Below are positions 53,640-64,000 of a stretch of 64,000 bases of DNA, one piece after another. The stretch comes from Chiloscyllium plagiosum (Eukaryota), in contig NC_057749.1 in the NCBI RefSeq assembly GCF_004010195.1, forward strand, positions 19,488,661 through 19,552,660, given 5' to 3'. A program made the translations under genes and the position numbers. The notes below the pieces were generated by a model. It made no database searches. It saw only the letters and a list, made by a program, of their open reading frames with translations, and was not told where the DNA came from. Each line of letters starts with the position of its first letter. Position 1 is the first letter of the stretch.

Positions 53640-55495
53640 AAGAACAAAGAACAAACTACAGTATGGCACACTGAACAAGCCCTTCAGCCGCCAAGCCTGC
53701 ACTGACACAGGAAACCTTTCTAAACTAAAAACCTTTTGCCTCTAAGCTGTCCATATTCCTTTATTCCCTGTCTATTCATGTATCGGTTAAGATGCATCTT
53801 AAATGCTGTTATTATATTTACTTCTACCACTTTGGCAGTTACCACCCTCTGTGTAAAATAAAGGCTTTCCTCCAACATCTCCTTTAAACTTACCCTCTTT
53901 TACCTTAAACCTATGTCCCTTAGTAGAGACATTTCTTACCTGACAAAAAGATTTGACTATTCGTGCCATTCATAATTTTGTAAATTTCTATCAAGTCCCC
54001 TCAACCTCCAACGTTCAAATGAAAACAAAGTTTGTCTAATTTTTCTTTATAAGCAATACCAGGCAACATCTGGCATACCCTGTGGCAACAAGAACTGTGC
54101 TCAATATTCCAAATGTGGCCGATCTAAAGTTCTGTACGGTTGAAACATGACTTGCCAATTTTTATCCCCTTTGCCAGGGGATCGATGAAAGCAAGCATGC
54201 TATATGCCTTCTTGACTGCCTTATCCACTTGTGTTGCCACTTTCAGGGAACTGTGGACCTGCCTAGAACCCTCTGTATATTGATGTTTCTAATGGTCCTG
54301 TCATTTACTGTCTACTTCCCTTCTTCCAAAACGCATCCTGTTGCATTTGTCTGGATCAAACTCCATCTGCCATTTCTTCACCCAAGTCTCCAGCCTATCT
54401 ATATGCTGCTATATCCTCTGGCAATCCTTCCCACTACCTGCAGCTCCCCCAATCTTAGTGCACAATACAAACTTACTAATCAGACCAACTACATTCTCTT
54501 CCAAATCATATATATATATATATAAAACAATATGGGTCCCAGCACTGATCCCTGCAGAACATCACTGGTCACTGATCTCCAGTCAGAAAAACACCCTTCT
54601 ACCACAACACGTCTATGATCCAGTCTGTTCTGTATCCATTTTGGTTCACCGGTATCTCCATGATGTTCAACGTTCTCACCACACCCAGAGATCAACACTT
54701 AGTACCATGCATCACCAAACCCTGCAGCCTTCTGGACTTAATATTGAATTCAATAATTTTAGGGCTTGAGTACCTTTTCCCCATGGTTTCCCCACCCCAC
54801 ACACCAGGCCTTGTCATCACATGTGCTGCTAGCACACATTGCCTATTGTGTTACTGCTACTAATAGTCCCCATTAACAGCTATTCATTCCCTCAGACTGA
54901 CCTTTAACCACTCTTTTGTCTGTCCAACTATGTCTCTTTCTCTTTGGACTCTATTGCCACTTATCGTTTACTCTTCCCCTCCCTCCACCCCATCTTCTGC
55001 CCTTTTCATAGCTACCATGAGTTCTGAAGAAGGGTCACTAGACCTGAAACATCCACAGATGCTGACAGACCTGCTGAGATTTTCCAGCAATTTCTGTTTT
55101 TGTTTCTGTGTCCATTTTACCAGCTCACTGCAGAGCCTGTCACCTGACATTCTGTATTAGCCTGCCATGAGAGATCTTGTCAAAGGCCTTCCTAAATTCC
55201 ATGTAGACAACATCTCCCCTACCCTGACCAATCATCTTTGTCACTTCCTCAAAAAATTCAATCAAGTTTGAGACATGACCTCCACCATCCAAAGCCGTAC
55301 TGCCTATTGCTAATATGTCTTTTTTTTTAACAAATGTGAGTAATTCCTATCCAGAAGAAACTTTTCCAATAATTTTCCTACCAGTGATGCAGACCTCACC
55401 AGTTTGTAATTTCCAAGATTATCCATGTTGCCTTCTTAAACAAACAACAATATTAGCTATTCTCCAGTCCTCTGGGACCTTCGCTGTGACCAAGG
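53640..55495 (-). mobile_element. CR1 fragment interrupted by a Penelope family B 3' fragment (54643-55103, +)
   Basis: VVVEGCFSDWRSVTSDVLQGSVLGPILF; insert encodes TLQPSGLNIEFNNFRA (PLE C-terminus) and is flanked by TTCTGT(A/G)TCCATTTT. Confidence 0.82.
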
Positions 55496-56074
55496 AGAGG
55501 CAACATCAACATCAAAATTTCAATGGGAACAGTGACCATAATTATGTAAGTTTAAGTATCTCCAAGCAGTTGTGCCCAAACTATGTATACCAGTTTCTGC
55601 TTAGTATTGTCATTGTCAGCCTTCTCTCGATTTAGTACTCCCACCAGGCGACTGTTCTTATCATCCGTAAAGTTACTTAAACTTACATAATGATGTTGCC
55701 TCTCCTTGTCCTTCCTGAAACATATGACAAACCTCTCTTTAAGTTTTGATTAAATCCTACCAGGGTTGGGTCAGACCACATTAGAAGTTCTGCATTAAGC
55801 TTTGAGGATTGCAATTCAGGAAGGATATATTCGCAGTGAAGGAGATGCTAAATTATGAGTTCTGGTTACATAGATATGAACATACAAGTTAGGAGTAGTT
55901 CGACGCCTCTTGACTCCTCAAGCCTGCTCCAACATTCAGTGACAATATGGATGGTCTGATTATGTCCCTGCCCACACTACTAAACTTTCTTATCTCCTGC
56001 TCAAACGTAACAAATGCCTGAGTGTATTGGAGATTAAATGGTAATCAGGGTGTTTAAAAATATTAATGCACCCG

Positions 56075-56762
56075 AGTGTTGCTGAACAAAGAGACCTTGA
56101 AGTGCAGGTTCATAGCTCCTTGAAAGTGGAGTTGCAGGTAGATACGATAGTGAAGAGGGCGTTATGTATGCTTTCCTTTAATAGAGTATTGAGTACAGTA
56201 GTTGGGAGGACATGTTGCAGCTGTACAGGACATTGGTTCGGCCACTGTTGGAATATTGTGTGCAATTCTGGTCTCCTTCCTATCAGAAGGATGTTGTGAA
56301 ACTTGAAAGGTTTCAGAAAAGAGCAATAGGGAGAGGTTGAATAGGCTGGTGCTGTTTTCTCTGGAGTGTCAGAGGCTGAGTGGTGACCTTATAGAGGTTT
56401 ATAAAATCATGAGGGGCATGGATAGGATAAATAGACAAGTCTCTTCCCTGGGGTGGGGTAGTCCAGAACTGGAGGGCATAGGTTTAGGGTGAGAGGGGTA
56501 AGATATAAAAGAGACTTAAGGGGCAACTTTTTCACGCAGAGGGTGGTGTGTGTATGGAATGAGTTGCCAGAGAAAGTGGTGGAGGCTAGTATAATTGCAA
56601 CATTTAAAATGCATCTGGATGGGTATATGAATAGGAAGGGTTTGAAGGGATGTGGGCCGGGTGCTGGCAGGTGGGACTAAATTGGGTTGGGATATCTGGT
56701 CGGCATGGACAAGTTGGACCGAAGGGTCTGTTTCTGTGCTGTACATCTCTATGACTCTATGA
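56075..56762 (+). mobile_element. CR1 (HER1-like) 3' fragment
   Basis: VAEQRDLEVQVHSSLKVE; NFFTQRVVCVWNELP; (CTATGACT)n tail. Confidence 0.92.
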
Positions 56763-57727
56763 TTAGGGAATATATGGAGCAACTATTTCTGCTGATGTAG
56801 TAAACTCAGGAGCAAAACTCAGGAAGCACTTTTCATATAAAGGAGAGTGGAAAACTGAAACTTTCTAACCCCTGTCAAAAGTTATGGATTCTGGGGGGTC
56901 ACTTGGAATTTTCCAGCTGAGGGTTGAGTTTTTACTCCTGAGTCGGGAGCCCAGAGTATGAATAATTCCTGGCTCAGTGGCAAGTGCCCTGGATCTTCCC
57001 GATTACATTCTGGGGTTGGAAGATTAATGAGAATCAGGCCTGCTGATCCCAGAAAGAGCTCAGAGGCAGCTGGGTGCCAAGGCAGGCTGGTTAACAGACT
57101 GGAATACATACAATCAAACACATAATCTCCAGCTCTCACTCCTCACATCCCCTCACTCCCAACACACCACATTCTTTATATATGCTAATTCATGCCACCC
57201 CATATCTCCCATCCATTCCCATGGCCCAACACATCCTCCATGCCAATCTATGCTTCTCTACTAACTCATTATGGCTCTTTATAACCTCTACCTCAACTTA
57301 GCGCCACATCATGTCAATCCATGATTCCCCATCCATCACCTTTTGCCCTTATACCCTCTATGTCAATTCAACCAGTACGAACCATGGAAGATCTCAGTGG
57401 GCATTCGGAAATGACTAAATTAGAGCTTAAAGTGTCTATTTAGGATATTTTTGTGAGTTTTAAAAAATTAATATTTTACATTTCTTCAAGTATTTAATCC
57501 CTTAAAAAAATATTTAATTCAAGTGCTTAATGGCTTATGAGGACATACATTTATAGTCATAGACCCAAATCAAAAACGTAGAGCTAACAAACTATGAACT
57601 TACAAACCAGGAATTGTGACAGTATGTTGTGGAATCAGACGTGCAGCAATGATGTTATAATGATTACCTTCAGACCTGTATCAATAGACAGACGAATGAA
57701 ATTTAGAGAAATTGCAAGCACTGATTG

Positions 57728-58515
57728 TCTGACTAAATATCATGTGGAACCCAGTTCAAAGGCAAACACAATCACCACCCTCTCAGAACAACCCAAAATA
57801 GACAACAAACCGGGCCTTGTGATTATGATAATGTCACTGGTCTATAATCCAGAGGCACACTCTAATGCTCTGATCCAATCAAAAACATTGTTGAAATTTA
57901 AATAAATTAGTAAATTATGGAACAATAATAAGGCACAACAATCGTGACCACAAAAAGTACCATCGATTGTTATAAAAATCCATGTGGATAACTAGTGCCC
58001 TTTAGGGAGCAAAAATCAGTCTTTCTTACCTGGTCCTGTCTCCATGAGACTTCAGGTCCTCCACATCCAGGAAATCCACTGAGTCACAAATTGTTCTGGG
58101 ATTGGCTCATTATAAGATGGTACTGGAATTGGATGTGAAGGATGCCACAGAGGCAGGGTTGATAGTTAATGAGGAGATGTTGGCTAGGTCTGGTGAGAAT
58201 TTGCTAGGCCTTGCAGTAGAAATCTTTCCAAAAGCAATGCAGCCCTTTGTCATTTCAGCTTGTGGATAAACTCCAGTTATGCCATTCATACCAAGGGGCT
58301 GGAATGCATATGAAGCCCTTCAAGTCATATGTGTGCCAGAGAATGTTTGACATGAGTCACGTGATTATATTTTAAATATAATAGTACATACTAAATGTAA
58401 TGAGGCGCCTCAGGTGCCATACATTTGACTGAAAGATCTGGTTGTATTGAGGTCACGAACCGAGGCTGACCGAGCCCAGAAATATCAAGACCCTCCAACA
58501 TGCAATTCCATCCAA
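57728..58515 (+). repeat. Copy 1 of an ~800 bp dispersed duplication (copy 2 at 62958-63943)
   Basis: Colinear shared blocks, e.g. AATATCATGTGG..CCCAGTTCAAAGG, TACCAAGGGGCTGGAATG, CCTCAGGTGCCATACATT, CTCCAACATGCAATTC. Confidence 0.85.
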
Positions 58516-59389
58516 TCCTATTCCCAAAGCTGTCCAATTTAGACCATTTTCTTTTCAACTGCAAAAGCGTTTTTATTCAGAAATGTCAAAAGCTTGTGGA
58601 TTTAAAGGTCTTGATAGTTCCACTGAGTCCAAATCACATACACTCATTAACAGTTTTAACAATCTCAAATAACATTTGAACGTTCTCAATATGGAACATG
58701 ACCTCTTCTAAAAGGATACTTGAACCTCTCCATAAAAACACTCAGTCTCTACACATAACCCCAGTGGTGGGGGCTATGTTCAGGCCAGGGATTTTGAGAA
58801 CTGTGGCTCCAGTGTCACTTCTCTGTGGGTACTAGATCAGTTCTTAATTTTAAATCTGAGATAGTTAACTTTTGTTAAGCAAAGGTATTAAGGAATATGG
58901 GCTAAACGCAGATATATGGAGTTAGGCCACAGATCAGCCATGATCTCACTGAATGGTGAAACAGACTCTAGGGGCTGCACAGCCCACTCCTGTTCCTATG
59001 TTCCTAAGCCAGTGACCCAGAGAGCCATGAGATTGATTGCTTTTGTACAAACTAAGCACTGCTGACATCAGAACAACAAATGCTGAAAATGTTCAGTAAG
59101 TTATGGAGTCATAGAGTCATTACAGCAGAGGAGGAGAACATCTGGCCATTGTGTCCATACCAGATTGATCTGGCAGCATTTGTGGATAGAGAAATGTACT
59201 TAACATTTCAGAACTTATTAATGGATATTTGGTGGGTTTGCATGTGAAGGGATCTGGAGCAATGGTGGGTAAGTGGAGATGAGGTATGGATCCGTCATGA
59301 TCTAATTGAATGATGGAGAAGATCTGAAAGATAGAAAGGCCTCCTGTTATTCCTACATTCCAAATAGATCTGTTTGTCCTCTCTGCTTG

Positions 59390-59807
59390 CTGGAGAAAGT
59401 GAGGTCTGCAGATGCTGGAGATCAAAGTTGAAACTTTATTGCTGGAACAGCACAGCAGGTCAGGCAGCATCCAGGGAACAGGAGATTCGACGTTTCGGGC
59501 ACAGGCCCTTCTTCAGGAATGAGCAGAGAGTGTTCAGCAGGAGAAGATAAAAGGTAGGGAGGAGGGACTTGGAGGAGGGGAGTTGGAAATGTGATAGGTG
59601 GAAAGAGGTCAAGGTGAGGGTGATAGGTCGGAGTAGGATGGAGGCGGAGAGGTCAAGAAGAAGACTGCAGGTCAGGAAGGCGGTGCCGGGCTGGAGGGAT
59701 CCGGCTGAGACAAGGTGGGGGGAGGGGGGATGAAGAAACTGGTGAAGTCCAAGTTCATCCCCTGCGGTTGGAGGGGATGACCTGCTGTGCTGTTCCAGCA
59801 ATAAAGT
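59390..59807 (-). mobile_element. Penelope-like element 3' fragment (family A) with short inversion
   Basis: Minus strand PLQPQGMNLDFTSF (end of the GIY-YIG ORF), followed by the hammerhead-bearing terminal region; 13 bp TCCTCTCTGCTTG at 59377-59389 and 59808-59820. Confidence 0.85.
59485..59520 (-). ncRNA. Putative minimal hammerhead ribozyme, best-preserved copy
   Basis: ATTC-CTGAAGA-A-GGGC-CTGT-GCCC-GAAA-CGTC-GAAT: 4 bp stem I, 4 bp stem II, palindromic ACGT in place of stem III, GUC site. Confidence 0.65.
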
Positions 59808-60310
59808 TCCTCTCTGCTTGATACTTTCTCAGTAAATCCATAAGCATTGGAAATCTGAATTAAGTGCAAAAAATTCCAGCAACACTTTCTCAGCATCTGC
59901 AGAGAAAGAGGATTTCAAATTGATTAGTTTTCTCCAGAATCACGACTTCTACTCCCCGTTGTAGGGCTGCCTGAGCTAAAGATTGTTCCCAAAATTTTCT
60001 GTTTTAGTTTCAGCATTCACGGCCGAGTGGAGTGTAATTGAAGTATGGGAGCTGAGAATGAGAACATTGAAATGAATGTGGTAGCACTGGATGTGGCATT
60101 CTGCCAACTGTCACAGACAACACTAGACCATGAGACCAAACAGTCAACTTAGTAGTGCCCAAAGAAACAGAACAACAGTCTGGAAAGTTGCAGTTTGGGT
60201 AAGGTATTAGGAAATGGCTATTGTTTTTGGAATGATACTTTGGTCCAAGCTTTTAGAAGAGGATGCAAAGCAGAAGATAGGAATTTTACTGAGCTTGTCA
60301 GCCCTTAAGG

Positions 60311-60439
60311 TTCCTGATGAAGGGCTTTTACCTGAAACGTTGATTCTCCTGCTCCTCGGATGCTGCCTGACTGGCTGTGCTTTTCCAGCAGTACACACTC
60401 GACTCTAATCTCCAGCATCTGCAGTCCTCACTTTCACCT
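60311..60439 (+). mobile_element. Penelope family A fragment starting at the hammerhead core
   Basis: TTCCTGATGAAGGGCTTTTACCTGAAACGTTG...CAGTCCTCACTTTC. Confidence 0.8.
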
Positions 60440-61544
60440 AGCCTTTAAAATAGACTTGCTCATCAAGTACAGATTGGCAGGTTTACGATCTGTATCTCAC
60501 AGACTGACCACAGTTGTCACTGTCAGCATTTAAACAGCATTGGCAATCTCGACAGTAACTGTTACACCACCACGTTTTGTACAACATTTAAGGATGTGAT
60601 GCTTTCAGTTATATTTAGTAGCCTAAGATCAAATGTGTCGAACGAAATAAAATAATTCCATTTAAACGTAATAATTTCCAGACCTCAGAACACCCCAAAT
60701 TACTTTATTCTCATTGAAAAAGTTGAAGTTGTGTCATTGTTGCTCTGCAGAGAAATATAAGTCAGTAAAAGAAAAAAAAACAACTTTAGTTTTCTCAAGG
60801 TTAACATACAAACGGTGATAATTAGTGGTTGTAGATGGCGAGTCCCTGTTGCTGTGTGTGTTTTGGTTGTGGAATCCATCAATTTTGTGGTTCCTCTGGT
60901 TGTTTAAAAAAATTCCTGTTCTGTTTCCTCTTTTGGTTCTAGTTCTTTTTTGGTGATTCCCCTCCAAAGTACCTTTGTGATTTCCTGTTGTCCAAGTTTT
61001 GTAATTTTAAAAAACATTGTTTCAATTTTGTTTTTCTATTTTGCCACATTTTATGCCAGATTAATGTCTTGCTATGTTTTCTATCTGGGCTGGAGTTTAA
61101 ATCATGGTTTTTGGACCTTTTTAAAAAGCCATTCATTAATTGAGCAGCCTTAGATGGGTAACATTTATTGTCCCTCCCTAATTGCCCATGAATCAGCTGC
61201 CTTCTTGAACTGCAGTCCTTGAGGTGTAGGGACACCCAGAGTGCTATTAGGGCGTTCTATGATTTTGAGCTACGAGCAGTGGTGTATTTCCAGGTCAAGA
61301 TGATTTGGGATTTGGAGTGAAATCTGCTAGAGGGAATGGAACCTGGAGAGTAAATATTGAACGTGATGGATGGCCTGCCGAACGAGAGAGCTGCTTTTTC
61401 CAGGGCATTGCTGAATTTCATTTCATATTGTTGGAGCTGCACTCAGCCAAGCGAGTGGGGTGTAGCCCATCACACCCTTGACTTGGGTCATGTGGTATGA
61501 CTTGGGGAGTCAGCTCTTAAAGAATAAACAAGAAAGATTCCATC

Positions 61545-62003
61545 ACACTCACTGTTACAAGGATGTTACCGAGTCTGGAAGGTCTGAGTTAGAATGAGAG
61601 GCTGGATAGGCTGGGACTTAGTTCCCCTGGAGCATAGGAGGCTGAGGTGAATTTTATAGAGGTTTATGAAGTAATGAGCATAGGTAAGGTGAAAAGCCAA
61701 TGTCTTTTCCCCAGACTAGGGGATTCCAAAACTATAGGGCATAGGTTAAGGTGAGAGGGGAAAGATTTAAAAGAGACCTGAGGGGCACCTTTTTCACACA
61801 GAGGGTGGTGTGTCAGAGGAAGTGGTAGAGGTTTGTACAATTACAATATTTAAAAGACATTTGGACAGGTACATGGATAGGAATGGTTTAGAGGGATATG
61901 GGCCACATTTCGGTAAATGGGACTAGTCAGCTTAGGAAACATGGTCAACATGGACAAGTTGGGCCGAAGGGCTTGTTTCTGTGCTATATGCCTCTATGAC
62001 TCC
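61545..62003 (+). mobile_element. CR1 3' fragment
   Basis: Homologous to 7235-7676. Confidence 0.88.
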
Positions 62004-62164
62004 ATCTCTGAATCTAGGACTCTTCTGAGTGAACTACATTGAGCAGGAAATCCTCTGATGTATTTACTAACCCACCCAGCTGATGGACAGTGCTTGGAAG
62101 CTGAGTATCTTCAATGCTTTTTAAATGTCACTCTTGTGATATTTCAGGTATCTATGATCATTGT

Positions 62165-62500
62165 CCATGTGTCTGACAAAAGACTTTCAAAATAACCCCT
62201 CTACTCTGAGCTTCATTGTGGCGATCGGTTATCAGCATGGCAGAGGAAATGCTACAAAGACGCCTTTGAAGCCTGCCTGAAAAGTGCAAAATACCCACCA
62301 GCTCATGGAAACATCTACTCTAAAGCCAGATAATTTGGAAAAGTAGCTACCACAAAGAAGTCAACTATTCTGAGTATTGCCAACAGGCCCAGATTGCAGC
62401 CATATACTAAGAATGAACAGAACATGCAGAAACTGGAGTATCTCACCCACTTGAGCAAATACCACGTGCCCCACCTGTGGCAGGGAGTGTGGATACTTGA
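62165..62500 (+). mobile_element. RTE-clade LINE C-terminal remnant
   Basis: RLSK*PLYSELHCGDRLSAWQRKCYKDAFEACLK and TTCPTCGRECG zinc finger. Confidence 0.7.
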
Positions 62501-62957
62501 GGGACTAAGAAGAAGTTAACCTGATAATTTAGAGTGAGAGTACTTTCAGCAGAACCAAATTAGCACACAGAAAAATGCACTTCTGAGACCTCACTGGTTA
62601 CATTGGGACATCCTGTGGTTGTGAAAGACACAATATGAATGTGAGAAGTTTTTTTTCTTGCAGCTGAAGTGAACAAAATAGAAACATCCATGGTTCAATG
62701 GAATAGTTCTGGTGTGGAAAATAAAAGAAATTAACGTTTTAAAAGATGTGGTCACTTTGATAACCAGGCCACACAGTGGCAAGCAGCCAACCTACAGAAA
62801 GAGGATGGGTGGAGATTAGCAGACATGGGGAAAGGACAAAAGATTAGCAAAACCAGGAAATAACAAATTAAACAGCAGTGTTATGGGAACACCTCCAAGC
62901 TCCTCTCCAAGTCACATAATGTCTTAACAGTCATCACTGGGACAAAGAGCTAGAATG

Positions 62958-63943
62958 ACTGACTGAATATCATGTGGGAGCCCAGTTCAAAGGGAGTCAC
63001 AACCAGCATTCTCTCAAGACAACTAAAGGTGGATGACAAAACGGGCCTTGTGATGATGGCTTAGTGATAATGTCACTTGTCTATAATCCAGAGGCCCACT
63101 CTGGGGAATAGCTGCTAATATCCCACCATGATAGCTGATGCAATTTAAAATAAATTAATAACATGGGGAATTATAATAAGTCTCAATAATGGTGACCATG
63201 AAAGTATCATCGATTATTATGAAAATCCAATTGGACCAGTAATTCCCTTTAGGGAAGGAAAATTTATCTTCAGGTCCTCTATAGAATTGGGATATCTGCT
63301 AAGTCATGAGTTGTTGCGGGAATGGTGCAATCAGACATGTGAATGTCACAGAGGTGGGATTGATAGTTATGAAGAAAGTTCGCTAAGATGTGGTGAGACA
63401 ACTTACTAGGCCTTGCAGCAGAACTCTCTCCAAAAACAATGCAACTCTGACATAGCTAAAAGGCTTAAGATTCAGCCTTATGTCATTTCAGCTTTGTGGA
63501 TGAACTCCACTCAAACACAATCGAAGCCATTTATACCAAGGGGCTGGAATGAATGTAAAACCCCTCAAGTCATATGAGCCAGCGAATGTTTGACATGAAC
63601 CATGTGCTTATTTTTTAAATATAATGGTACATGCTAAATGTAGTAAGGCACCTCAGGTGCCATACATTAGACTGAATGATCTGCTTCCAGTATTGTTGGA
63701 CTCGGGTGTACAAAGTTAAATATCACACAACATCAGGTTATGGTCCAACAGGTTTAACTGGAAGCACTAGCTTTCGGAGTGTCGCTCCTTCATCAGATGG
63801 TTGTGTACTCCACAACCACCTGATAAAGCTAGTACTTCCAATTAAACCTGTTGTGTGATTTTTAACTTGGTTCCAGTAAGGTCACAAACTGAGGCTGACT
63901 GTGCCCAGAAACATCAAGACACTCCAACATGCAATTCTGTCCA
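62958..63943 (+). repeat. Copy 2 of the ~800 bp duplication, carrying a Penelope family C palindrome at 63693-63870
   Basis: Colinear with 57728-58515; insert flanked by TTCCAGTA at 63685-63692 and 63871-63878. Confidence 0.85.
63765..63799 (-). ncRNA. Putative minimal hammerhead ribozyme (PLE family C)
   Basis: CAT-CTGATGA-A-GGAG-CGACA-CTCC-GAAA-GCTA-GTG: palindromic AGCT stem III, CUA site. Confidence 0.55.
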
Positions 63944-64000
63944 TTTTTGGGCAGGACCTTTCTACATCGACCCCATCGGCATGAGGTTGGAAATCAATCA

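Overview
Eukaryotic (vertebrate) genomic DNA. The repeat content (HE1-like V-SINEs, HER1/CR1-like LINEs, Deu-domain SINEs, Penelope-like fragments) points to a cartilaginous fish, probably a carpet or bamboo shark; this is an inference. The only recognisable host coding sequence is the first coding exon of SNX27 (PDZ domain N-terminal part; minus strand 47249..46972, GTAAGT donor) in a CpG island. Positions 1..46971 appear to be SNX27 intron 1 (no exon 2 found), and 47250..64000 is 5' UTR plus upstream intergenic DNA. Most of the window is nested retroelement debris: many CR1 subfamilies, a fragmented near-full-length CR1/L2-type LINE, RTE and Rex/Babar remnants, several tRNA-derived SINEs, a solo LTR and a MITE. 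The most interesting signals are: (1) three families of short, often palindromic Penelope-derived elements with 8-16 bp target duplications, each carrying a minimal hammerhead-ribozyme core at which many copies break or invert; (2) a LINE whose 5' region is shared with a tRNA-headed short element; (3) a second, intronic CpG island with a sense-strand splice donor; (4) exact locally templated insertions inside old LINEs; (5) an ~800 bp dispersed duplication upstream of SNX27. Most ORFs in the supplied track are repeat-derived or spurious. Family names are recognised by eye, not by database search.
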